A stretch of DNA of 63,973 bases, counting the filler, from Barthelona sp. PAP020 (taxonomy: Eukaryota): NCBI GenBank assembly GCA_040182905.1. It is 3 parts of 3 records of this genome, joined end to end, with 100 filler letters (N's around TTAATTAATTAA, not from the genome) between each part and the next. Parts side by side here need not be neighbours in the genome. Positions count along the whole stretch, not along the records: positions 1 to 21,999 come from JARQWU010000179.1; 2 more parts are not named here. The stretch is one strand, 5' to 3'. Position numbers and translations under genes: made by a program. A model generated the notes under the pieces. It saw nothing but the letters and a program-made list of their open reading frames with translations. It ran no database searches and was not told where the DNA came from. This document shows, one piece after another, positions 1 through 12,300 of this stretch (position 1 is the stretch's first letter; every line of letters begins with the position of its first letter).

Positions 1-153
1 GCCCAGAGAATCAATACACTCTATTTTGACAGAACAGCTGAATTGGCAATGAGACTTCATCGCAAAGAAATGAAAATAGCTGTTGATCCCAATGTTGCTA
101 TGTTTAAGGAAGCTTTCCATATGAGATTGAAGAAGCAAAACAAGCAAGAGTAG
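1..153 (+). CDS. 3' end of a gene truncated by the window edge (unknown product)
   Basis: Frame 1 is open (AQRINTLYFDRTAELAMRLHRKEM...KQNKQE) to TAG at 151-153, followed by TGTAAAT at 187 as seen after other genes. Confidence 0.6.
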   Translation, partial: AQRINTLYFDRTAELAMRLHRKEMKIAVDPNVAMFKEAFHMRLKKQNKQE

Positions 154-281
154 CAGGAAATTGTGAATATTACCATTCATAGTCAATGTAAATTTTTGTA
201 GCTTTATTTTGATTTTCAAAAAAAAAAAAAAAAAAAAAAAAAGGAAAAAAAAAACGACGGTTTACATATATACAACAACAT

Positions 282-1739
282 TCATCTCCTCTTAGCTGCA
301 CTAACATTACGCTTTTGCATTTTTTTCTTTTGAAACGACTTCTCACAATGAGGAAGATGTCTTTTCAATTGTTCTTCTCCAAACCTTCTTCCACAATACT
401 TACATTGTTGTAAATCAACAGGAACAGCCGAGGTCTCCAAAACTTCACCTGTTCTTGCAGCTTTCATTGCAGCTCTAAATGATTCCGATGCAGATTTCCA
501 GTCTTTCTTTTTCTTTGCAGGTTTATTATCCTTTAATTGTGCTTCTTTTCTGCTTTTTTGTTTCTCTTTCTTTTTTACAATGAGCTCATGTTTTTCATTT
601 TTCTTCTGTGCCACTTCACATGCTTTAATGTGTCTGTCGATTCTATCTGCTCCAAACTTTCTTCCACAAATAGGACATGGAACAAGAGAAACTTGAGGCA
701 TGTCACCTTGAGGAAACGCATCAGCCATATTGTTAAAATTAGGTGTAGAAGTAACTTTTGGTTGCACATCTGATGTAAACTCGGGAACAGAACGAACTTC
801 TTTTGTCTTTGTCTTCTCATTGGTGGAAAGTCTCTCTTTACCTGTTTTGGTATTAGTGTTGCGTTTTTTATCATCTTGTTTCAAGTAATAAGAATCATTC
901 TGAGACTCATCAAAGTCAAAATTCAAATTATTTGGTTTGCTTGATGAAGATGCTTTCAAATTGATATTTGAATAGTTCAGTTCATCAAAATCAGTAGACA
1001 AACCAATATCCATCCCAATTTCATTTCGATAAATGTTTCGCACCATTTTAACTCCTTTTTTACCCGCAGATCTAACTCTTCGAGAGCTTTGTCTTGAGCT
1101 TTCACTAGAACTCGCCCTATGTATGGCTTTCAACAACTTCAATGATCTTTTCATTGCCTTTTCATCAGAAGGCATAGTAGAAGTATTGTTCGACCCATAA
1201 TAATAATTATCCTTTGTCGGTTCTTCAATAAAACCAAAATTATTTGCTTTTTTAACGGAATGAGTGTGATTATTCTGAATTGAGGCTTTTTTATGCTTCA
1301 AATCAATTGATTCATTTCTTTCAGTAATAGATCTAAATTTATCCATACTTAAAACATTAGAGTCAGCATTATCGGCAGACAAACGATGGTTTTCTAAACT
1401 GAAATTTTCCAGCGTTGAAATATTATTTAAATTTGTTTTAGGAGCTTTACGAGAAGGTTTTAATCTTGAAGGTGGTTTGTAAGGTTCTCCATCATATAAA
1501 GTACCATCCCAAACCTCTTCTTTCTTTGGTTTGGGTAAAAATTCATGCTGTAATAAATCATTTTTTATTATTTCAGACCCTGACTTTTGAGAATATTCAT
1601 TTGAATTTTCCAAATCTTCATGTCTGGATTTCTTTCGAGCTTCACGAATCTTCTTAGCTTTTTCAATTTGCTGTTTTCGTTTTTCAGCATATGCAGCTAC
1701 ATTAGCACTGTCATATCTACTGGATGCAGAATATGACAT
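282..1739 (-). CDS. C2HC zinc-finger protein, ZC2HC1/FAM164-like
   Basis: Two zf-C2HC_2-type motifs, CPICGRKFGADRIDRHIKAC and CKYCGRRFGEEQLKRHLPHC, with the intervening DWKSASESFRAAMKAAR; first ATG at 1739 (MSYSASS). Confidence 0.8.
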   Translation of the reverse strand: MSYSASSRYDSANVAAYAEKRKQQIEKAKKIREARKKSRHEDLENSNEYSQKSGSEIIKNDLLQHEFLPKPKKEEVWDGTLYDGEPYKPPSRLKPSRKAPKTNLNNISTLENFSLENHRLSADNADSNVLSMDKFRSITERNESIDLKHKKASIQNNHTHSVKKANNFGFIEEPTKDNYYYGSNNTSTMPSDEKAMKRSLKLLKAIHRASSSESSRQSSRRVRSAGKKGVKMVRNIYRNEIGMDIGLSTDFDELNYSNINLKASSSSKPNNLNFDFDESQNDSYYLKQDDKKRNTNTKTGKERLSTNEKTKTKEVRSVPEFTSDVQPKVTSTPNFNNMADAFPQGDMPQVSLVPCPICGRKFGADRIDRHIKACEVAQKKNEKHELIVKKKEKQKSRKEAQLKDNKPAKKKKDWKSASESFRAAMKAARTGEVLETSAVPVDLQQCKYCGRRFGEEQLKRHLPHCEKSFQKKKMQKRNVSAAKRR

Positions 1740-2041
1740 AAAATTAGTTTTTTTGAATTTCTTTCGCCTTTTTTTTTTTGTGAATTTCAACACCAATCAA
1801 TCTAAAATATGATAAATTTTTTTTATAATCTAAAAATTTAATGTTTAACCAACAACATGCTTAAAAATCACAACTTTTGTGATGTCTTTATTTTAATCAG
1901 TGTTATTTTATTGTTAAATTATCTCATTACCTGGAAAACACTTTCAAATCCAATAATGAATTCAAAAAGTTCTGGAAAACGTTTGTTGAAGAAAAAATAA
2001 AATTGAAATTGAAAAAAGCTATCAACAATTTCATTCAAGTA

Positions 2042-3022
2042 ATGGATGAATGGTGGATATTTGAAACAGTTTTTACATATTTAAATTCTCAAAGCTTTGA
2101 AGATCCATTATCAAAGTGGATCTCAGAACATTCGAAACAATTTATTGGAATTGAATTAAATGAAACTCATACCCATGAACAATATAATTTATTCAAAAAA
2201 TATTTAAAATATACAGAAAATATGGTTGGAACATATTTAATTGAGATAGGAATTGATCAAACGAATTTTTTTGAAACGTGTTCATTAATATTAGAAGATA
2301 AAAAAACTCCAATCCATCGAAAATCGATAATATCTCAAATTTTACAAAAATTGAAAGTAGTAAGCGAATTTGAAAATTTCAAAAAGTTGATGGTATTATT
2401 TGCCTTGCAACATACTCCTGTAGATTATGAACCAACCAGTAAAGGTTTAAATAAACTTGGTAATGTTGAAGATTTTTCTTTGATGTCATTTGAAGAACAA
2501 GATACTGTTTTTCAACCTTTACCTGTTACAATTCCATATCAAACAGAAAAAATTAAACAAAAAAGATCGTATGATGACCAGATTGATGAAATTTTAAATG
2601 TTAATCAAAACAACAGATCAGATTCCAATTCTGAAATTGACTCTGCCACACCTGATAGTCTTCAGGAACTATCTTCATCTGATGGTGAAACTCCAGTTTT
2701 TCTTTCCACAAATCAAATCAAAGCAAGTACTTTTGAACGAATTTTACCTCTAGAAGTACGCAAGGAAAAAAATGTTGGGGTGAAAAATTTGGATGACTTA
2801 CTGAATGCCATTGAAATTGAAAATGATAATGATAATGAAAATAACGTATTTGATGGTATTATGGATTTATTCACCAAAGAAGAAGAAAAACAAACTAATC
2901 TCAACGACGAACTAAACAGTTTTTTGTTAAAACCAATTGTGTCCGAAACACCCAAATTGAAAGCAATTAAAATACACTCAAATTCTTCCAAAAATAAACG
3001 TGTTAAGGCTCATAAAAGATAA
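2042..3022 (+). CDS. BART (ARL2/3-binding) domain protein, CFAP36/CCDC104-like
   Basis: N-terminal WIFETVFTYLNSQSFEDPLSKWISEH...YNLFKKYLKYTENMVGTYLIEIGI...FENFKKLM resembles the BART domain; first ATG at 2042. Confidence 0.7.
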   Translation: MDEWWIFETVFTYLNSQSFEDPLSKWISEHSKQFIGIELNETHTHEQYNLFKKYLKYTENMVGTYLIEIGIDQTNFFETCSLILEDKKTPIHRKSIISQILQKLKVVSEFENFKKLMVLFALQHTPVDYEPTSKGLNKLGNVEDFSLMSFEEQDTVFQPLPVTIPYQTEKIKQKRSYDDQIDEILNVNQNNRSDSNSEIDSATPDSLQELSSSDGETPVFLSTNQIKASTFERILPLEVRKEKNVGVKNLDDLLNAIEIENDNDNENNVFDGIMDLFTKEEEKQTNLNDELNSFLLKPIVSETPKLKAIKIHSNSSKNKRVKAHKR

Positions 3023-3311
3023 TGACGTTTTGTAAATTTTATACATACTGCACATTTTATATGTTTTGTAAACTTTATTGATATATTTATTGTTTAAAAA
3101 TCTGATTCAATTATATTATGAAGAACATAAAAATACTTATAAAGAAATAAAGATTTCTGATATCATGAAACACCAATCAAGAAACTAATCAAAACAGAAA
3201 GGAAAAGAAAAAAAGATTACTTTCAAATAAAAAAAAAAAAAATAAAGAAAGAAAGCACTTTTCAAAAAACATTTATGGAATAATACCGAATTACATTAAA
3301 AACTGAACAAA

Positions 3312-6300
3312 ATGAATGATATTAAAGAGACACTACAAAATATCTTAGAAACTTTTTTATCGAAAAAATCCATCAATCACATCTTGTTAAATAAAGACAA
3401 TATAGCACTATTAGAGTCTGTATTAATAACAAATACCAAAAAAGTTATCTTTATTTATGAACATCAACATAAATATCATGTTTCAAGTTTTGCACCTACA
3501 ACAACTTCACATTATTATTATTTTTTGAGAGTATATAATAAATCTAATGAAATTCAACATTTATTTGGTTCAAGTATACAGCCATGTAGTTCTTCAGTTT
3601 TGAATTTAACTAATAACATAATATCTGCAGTTATTCCCACGATATCTGAAAATTATGGAAATTTACCGAACGAATTGAAAGTTACTCGATTAGATGAAAC
3701 TAAAAAATTTCTATTGACGAGTTGCAGTGTAAAAGAAGCTAATGAAATGAGTGATTCTTTTTTTGCGCCATATTTGGAATTATTGGAAAGTTTCCCCATG
3801 TCAAATCGAATACAAATAGTTGAAACATTTGTTGAAACATGGGTTCGAAAGATTAATGGTGTTATTGAGCCCAAGATTGATTTATTAGGAAAAAAAGCTT
3901 TAATTGATTTGTACAATATAGTAAAACAAGGAAAAGACTTGTTATTTCAGCTAGAAAGTCCACATATTAAAAGAATATGGACTTTTTTAGATAGTCAAAC
4001 AACCCAAAATAATCATGAGAATAATATTTTAGCAAATTTTCACAAATCAAGGAAAGCTTTACAAATTAGTGTGAATGAATTGGAGAAATTAGATGTAGAA
4101 ATTCAACTGATATGTCATTATTGCGATTTGATTATACAAAATGAAGATTTTGCAAAATATGAATTGCTTGCTATAAAGTTATTTAAAAGTATTGCAATTT
4201 TACGAGAAAGTGCTCCTTCATTAGATTATGGGAATGTATTGGCTAGAATATTGGAAGGTAATATTCAAATTATATTAATAGCCTTTATACAAGTTTTTAA
4301 AGGATATATATCACTTGATTGTGGTACTCGATTTTTTTTTCAGAATTCAGCAAAGATCATTGGAATTTCTAGATGGATTACTGAACTATTTAATCGTTTA
4401 AGATTAACATTTTTACATTTTAGAAAATTATCTTATGATTTTGATGTAACAAAGATTTTAATCATTTTTGGACATTTTGGTGATCGTATCAAAGATATTG
4501 AAATTTTAGCAGAAATATGTTCAGATTGTTTATATTTAAGCAAATTTGTACGAGTAAAATCTACATTTGAAGGAAATATTTTGAATAGTAAGATAATAAA
4601 TGTTGCTGAAAGTGTTCAGCAAGTATATTTTCATGAATTTTTAAAAAATTTGAACTCATACATTATTAAGGATGTAAATTTTTGTAATTGTCCAGCTGAA
4701 GAACGAAATCTTTTCAAAGTCAATGGTATGGCATTTCAGGAACAGTTTGCTAGATTTAAGCATCATGTATTTATCCTATTGAAAGATATCGTTGTGAATT
4801 ATCAAAAATTGTTTGAAAGAAATGGTAATGATTTGGATAAGATAATTTGTATCAATTTCTTATTTCAATTTGAATCTGCTTTTATTTTGGAGATTTTTCA
4901 TGATTTTATCATTCGTGAAGGTTCAAAATATTTAGCAGATTTTGCTACAGATATTAAAAAAGCTACAATTGCTGCAGAAAATTGCACAAAACTATTTCAA
5001 AAAAATTTATTCCCTTTTTGGAACAATTTTAAAAGTTTTGGAATAAATGAAAGTTTCAAAGATATAGATATCGATTTTATTCCTTCAAATAATTATGATA
5101 TCGTAAAATTAAATCCTTTTGCTACATCACTTTTCTTAGTTGATGGTTATTATCAAAAACATACTCAAAAGTATCAAATGTTAACTAATATTAACTTTTC
5201 ATATGTAATTAAAAAGTTAAGAGGACATTTTCAAGAACTATTGGATGTTGATTCTGAACGTACAGATGAAATTTTAAAATATGAGGAAAGTTTGAAACTT
5301 TTGAATGTTTTGAACAAAAATTTGTCTGAAATAATAATTGATTACAAGAATTATTCAAATAATGTAATTGAAACATTTAATTATATAGTGAATGATTTGT
5401 TTCAAATCATTCATAAATCTGAACGTTTTGTTTCAACAATATCTCATCAAAATTTAGGGATTAAAACATTAACTGGCAATGAGTTGAATGAAATATCTTT
5501 TGAAGTTAATTTACCATTTTATTTATTTCATGTGATACATGATTGGAAATGTTGTTTGAGAATGATTTCATTGAAAAAGGATATTTTTGCTATACATATG
5601 ACAAAATTGAATAAAGTTACTGAAATTGTACATCAATTGAGTAGAGTTACTTTTATTGCTAGAAGATTCAGTATTTTAGTTAATGGATACAATAATTTAA
5701 CAACTAATTATTCTTCTGGTATTATTAGTTTGATTAGCAGTCATTTATTTAATGCTAATCAAGAATTAATAAAAGCTGTTAATTCTTTAACATATATTTC
5801 TGATAATATTCAAGAATTTTTGGCAAAAACAATGAATACATTGATTGAAGCTTTAGAAAGAGCTTTGGATTTGCAAAATATCTTGAATTATTCAAAAGAG
5901 TTTGGAAAAATCTTAAAATTCAACTTTTTTACACGAAAATATGATCCTGAAGAATTTGTTCAAATATTATTTGACAACAGTTTTACAAAAATTTATTTAT
6001 GTAAACGTTTATCAAAAGAATTATTTGATATGTTGTTGACAATATTTAATCGATTAGAATTAAGTCAAGGAGATCCTAAATGGATAGAATTTGTGAAATA
6101 TATTCGTCAAAGTTGTATTGATAGTATCAGTGTTGGATTAGTAGATTTTTTAAAGATTGCTTATAAGCACTTTTTGAATGAAGATACAAACTCACCATTT
6201 GAAATTGAAACAATAATACGTGTTATTGCATCTAGTATTGTTTCATATCCAGAACCTTCTTTAGAATCCATTGTCAATGGTATTTCAATCGAATTAGGAG

Positions 6301-9300
6301 ATATCAATGAAAAATCCAAATCTAAACGTTCCTTTTTAACTCGTAGAATCAAAGAAATTACTAGTGATGATTTATGTAAAGTCAGTTCTGGTGTTGATTC
6401 TCCTTTTATTTCAAAAGAAATTAGTGATGGTTCAATATCTGTTCGTTCTATGTCTTTATCTGAAGATACAATGTCTTTAACTAATAGAGATCGAAATCAT
6501 CATCATAAAAAAAAAAAATCATTAAGTTCGTTGGAATCTTCGCAAGAAATTAGTTTACAACTAAAAAATATTTTTAGTCGACAAATAATTCCTCGTGTCA
6601 TTATATCAAATAAAGGTTTACCAATAACAAGACCTTATGTTTGTGAAACTATGCGTATTACTTTATTAGATGTGGCTTTTTCTTTTGTACAATCTTTCCA
6701 AATGATATTACATGCAATCAATTTACCTTCGCCAATGGCTATTTCTAAACAAAGAATTTCACATCAAGTATTAGCTACACCAAGATCAAATGATACAAGA
6801 GAATCTCGAGTTTCACAATTAGAATCTGAATATCAAGTTTTAGATAATGTTGAGAAAAAGAAGGAAGAAGATGATGAAATGAATGAATTTGGAAATACTT
6901 TTGCTGAAGATCACATTGATTTATTTGCTGAATTATTTTCACAAACTAGTGTTTCTACTTCTTTAACCAGTGTATTAAAAACGTTAGAAAATGCCAACAA
7001 TACTTTAATAATTTTGTTGAAGAATATGACGGAAGATTTTTCGATTTTGTTCACCAGAGCAGGATTTGATTTTTTTGCGGATATTATCAATCATATTCGA
7101 ACTCAAAAAATCATACAAATCAAAGTCAAACCATTGAAACGATTTCAAGAAAAATATTTGAAAACTTTTGGTCAAATCAATAATATTGATGATATTTTTC
7201 TGAAATATTCGAGTCGAAAAATCTTTTTTTTAAATGTTTTACTCGAATCTTGTAGTGAATCTTTACGAGAAATTTATTTCAAATCAATAAGTTTATTTTT
7301 TGATAGTACAATACATTATTTTACTGAATTGGTTGAAGAAGCTTTAAAAAAGATTAGAAATGCCAAACCACATATGAATATTTTGAATAACCCTATCATT
7401 TACACAAGTACTCATTTAGAACAACATTTTGATAGTGTGTTAGAGTCTATTGTTGAAGGATATGGAATGAATGATAGTATAAAAGCATTAAACACTTTAG
7501 AAGAAATACTTTTAGAAGGTATTAATCTTTCTAATAGAGAAACATGGAATGAATATCATTTTAAATTAATCTCTTTACATGAAACTTTTATTAATGAATT
7601 TGTTGAAGCTAAACAATATTGTAATAATTTTATGTTGGATCACGCAGAATTAATTATTCCTGCTGCTGTAGAATTAAGAAAAAGACAAAAAAAATTGTAT
7701 TCAGAAATTAAAACTTGTGAAAATAATTGTTATGATTCTATGCCTTTTTTGAAACCAATTGAAAAAATTGGAAATTTAACAAAAGTATCTTTTAGAAATG
7801 AAGAATTGAAAATAGCTTTGATTAAAGTCAATAAATTTTTGATGAATGTTGAAAATTTATCAAATCAACACATGAGACTGGATTCTATGGCAAATGTTTT
7901 AAAGAAAAGTACTATACCTGATAAACTGACAGAATTACATTTGATATTGATTAAATATCGAAGTATTTTTGAATTATGGATAGATTTTCCAAAACATTAT
8001 GAAACAATGAAAAATGTTTCAATTTTAGATGAAAATTTAACAGAAAAATTACAAATATATATTGATATACAAAATAGATTGGAAAAATTAGAAGATATTG
8101 ATTTATTTTATGAGAAATTTCCTCATTTAGCAGTAACTGCTGGTCAAACTAGAAAGATAAGTGAATTAATTTTAAGAATAAATGACATGCATTTATCTTC
8201 AGCAGATTTTAATAGGTTACGACAATTTTTACAAGTGAAAGAGAATATTATAACTGTATATGATGTATTTTTTTGGTTGATAGTAAATATTCATTATTTT
8301 ACTGATAATTTCATTGCTTTAAATAATCTTTTGGATTTAATCGATGATGAAGTTAATGCTAGAATCAAATTGATTGATTTAGAAAATAAATGGAAATTAA
8401 AACATTTCGTTTTTGCTAAACATGTTTTTCCTTTGCAAAAAAATTGTTGGATTTATAATACAGTTAAAGAAAAATTTGATATTAAACAAACTGAAGCAAT
8501 TAATCGACAAAAAATTATTGAAGAACATCGTAGAAAACGTATTTTATTTGAACAACAACAAAGATTAAATAAATGGAAGACTGAAGCTATATTAATTGAA
8601 AAAAAATTACATCTAGCAGAAATTGAGAAAAAAGAATTGGAAAAATTTGCTAGAGAGAAATTTAGAATCAAAATGGTTAAAATTTACGGAAATTCAAAAG
8701 ATTTTCATGCTGTTTTAATTCAAAGAAATTATTTATTGTGGAAACATCTAAATCTTTATCAAAATGATGAAATTATATTACAAAGACGTAAAACAATAAG
8801 AGAAAATTTAATATTAATGGATAATCATATTACTGTTCAAAGATTTATTAAAGGATTCTTATTTAGAAATGATTTGATATCGAATAATTCCAATTCCAAA
8901 ACTGGAAAAGATACATCAATATCAAGTTATCATGTACAGAGTGAATTTACTGCCACTTTAACAATACCTTATGTTATTGGTCTTTCTTTATTAGATTTAG
9001 ATAATCCTGATTATAGTTTGATCGATGTCTTTAATAACTTTGACATTTTTGATGATGAGGAAGGAGATTGGAGAAAAGATGCTAAAGTTTTACAAGATAT
9101 TGATGAAGCTTGTTCAATCATTATACAAATGAAATCTCTACATGTTGTTGAAGAAGAAGTTGATAAATTAGCTGATGAATTCAAGAAACTGAGGTGTTTT
9201 GTTATTTCATTTGGTAGACTAGCTTTTTTAATTGAAATATTTAGTTGTTTATTTAGTTCAGATAAAATTCAACCATTAAAAGGATATGAAAAAGAAATGC

Positions 9301-12300
9301 AAATAATATATTCATGTATTGAGAAGTTTACTGTTTTGATGAATGAGATATCCACCTTTAAATGTTTATTAAGCGTTAGTGATGATCAAACCAAATATAA
9401 GATGGTGAATGAAACATTTGAACAATTGATTTCAGCCAGTAAGCCAATAATTATTGGATTATTTCATGATTACTGCAGCAAATGTAGTCGTATTTGCTTG
9501 TTGTCGTTGAGTAAGTTTGTATTGGCTCAATTTGTCACAATAAGGGCATCAATAATGCATAGTTTAGGTAGAGGATTAAGTAGTAGAAAACCTGTAGTAC
9601 ATGTTATCCAATCAACTTTATTGCAATGTTTTCCAGATGTCAGTAGTTTTATCTTTTCTCATGGAAACATAACCCATTTGGTATATTCCAATTTTTTTGC
9701 TTATGAAGAATCAGCAGGGGGATTTGGTAGTATGTATGGATCAACAGTATCTTCAGGTTTCTTTGGTGGTAGTTCCAGTTCCGTTACTTCAAGTATATTA
9801 TCTGGCACTTCACATACCTCTGAAAAGAACTTACGTAGTTTATGTTATGAACATGTTCAATTACCACAAGCAATTCCTATCACATATGATACAATTATTG
9901 AATTAATTGAAGCATTATATACTGCTGTTCATGAATCAGTTAAAGTTGAATTAACTAATTCTAACCAATTCATTGATTCTATTTTGGAAAAACCAGAAGC
10001 CTCTCCTTTCATCAATTTTTGTTTGGACCATTCAATGTGTATCTCACGATTAATTTTTGTTAATGTGTTGCAGAGAGCTTTTTCTTCATTAGACCCCTTG
10101 CAATGTGCATCTTTTACTTTTGATGTATTCAGAGAATTAGGCAAGAAACTGTCGTTCGTTGGTTCAAAGAACAGTATTAAAAGGTTGAAGCAATTGAATT
10201 ATTTATTGATGCCATTTTTGATAGAGAATAGGATTATTGATTATTTAGATTCAGAGTACATGGGAAATGTTTCCAAAAAGGATTCTGAATCATATTTTGA
10301 ATCATCTCAAAAAACAACAGAATCTCAATTATCTTCTTTGGATATGATTGCTCAACAGACACATCACCATGATGACGATGGATTGATGGCATTTGATGAT
10401 ACAATTGTCGAAGATTATGAAGAATCTGAATATGGAGATGATGCTTTTGAACGATGGTTTGAAGATACTGTTGAGGATTCTAGTTCTTCAAAATTTCAAA
10501 AAAAATTCAAAAAAAAGGTTGCTTTTTGGCCGGCATTTTATCAATTGAGTGCTGGAACTGCTTATCCTGTTTTCAGTAAAAACAGTTGTATCAGCTTAAT
10601 GAAACCAAATCATGGTAGAACAAGTTTACCTTTCAATTTAGGAATCAGTTATAGTGTTTATGAATTACCTCCTTTAAGTCCAATGCAACATGAGATATTT
10701 ATGATGTGTATGTCTATTTATACTCAACCAGCATTATATCCACTGTTTGTAGGAAACAATTATGAAGAGAAATTATTGATGGCACGATATTTCACTCAAG
10801 TATTTATGCTTGAACACATGTTTTTGAATTTGCTTGAGATTGAAGCTCGTTTCATTCGATATAATCGAAATGATGGACAGGCTGATTCTGTATATTTCCG
10901 TAAAGAATTCAAGCAGTTTTTAATGTTTTGTCAACAACAAAATATCTTTTTGATTTTTATGGATATCGACAGTTTACCTCAATGGTGTCTTATAATATTA
11001 CGTGAGATTATTCGTGATGTTAAACCAATTTGTTTGTTTGTTTGTAAAGAAGTGCATCCTGCGATATTTGGTATATGTCAACCGATAGTTATTGATATTT
11101 TTAAGGTTAATACTGAATTTTCGATTAGTGCTAGTATATTGAGTGAAAGTATGTTGTTAGGTTTTCCAGATATTGGAAATACGATTGAAAAACTTGAATA
11201 CTTTCTACTCAAATGTATCAATGACGTTGAAACAATAGGGATTATCAAAGTAATGGATCATCGTGTGATTGAACGATTCTGCAGTGCTGTTTTTTTTATT
11301 TTACAAAAATTAAGCAAAGATGGGGCTTCAGGATTGGATTCTCAAATTCTCAATATTTCCATAGGTGTAATCTTGTACCAACTGTTAAAATTTGATTGTG
11401 GTTTCAATACAAACATATTCATTGGTGAGATAGATTTTCCGAATTTGAATTTGATATTTGGGCGGTTTTTGAACGATGTTGTTGATGACATCAACATGAT
11501 TACACATTTTAAGTTACCTGACTATGTTGATTATATAAATATGATGCCAATACTACCAAAAACGTTACAAGACCGATATGAAGATGGGATAATTCAACGA
11601 CAAATCTCAAATCTATTTTCCTGTTTGCATAACTATGATCAGTTTGTGATTGTAGGAAAAAGTCTTGTTGTAGCTGATTTGGCTTGGGATTTGAAACAAA
11701 TTTTACCAGTCTATTTTGAAAAGGAAGCTAAAACTCATGGACATAACGCTTTATTTTTGTTATTTGTTGTTGATTTGAGTTTGAGTAAGAATGCAGAGAG
11801 TGTTGTGACAAAATTAATTTCACAATTTGCTAGTCGTGTTAGCAAAAAGATTGTTGATAGTTTAAGAGACAATGATAAAACAGATATTGATGTTACCATT
11901 GTATTATTCTTTTGTCGTAGGATCACCAGTTTTGCTTTAATTTTTCAAAATCGTTTTATTGCTGAATTCAAAGATTCCATTTGTCGTTCTGTCTGTGATC
12001 AAATTAATGATATTAGTGTGAAAGTTACAATTAGACCTTTGGTTTTCTATCTATTGGATAAGAATCAAATTGGAAATGATATTTTAGCAGATGTATATAT
12101 TCAAGCTAGCAATGAGGAAAAATTAAATTTCAACGTTGATGATGTGTGTAGTGTTAGAAATAATTTTGATATTCAATCATTATTGAGTGGATCTGCTGTA
12201 ATTAATTGGAAATCTTTAACCAATTTTAAAGGTTTACCACCAGAATATTCAACTTCTTGGATGTTAATTGAAGTTTTGAAGAATCTTCAATATTCTAAGT

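Noticed and set aside
218..252. Long A run as a retroposed poly(A) tail
   Set aside because: Lies in the short spacer between convergent genes; similar A/T runs occur in most intergenic regions; no target-site duplication seen
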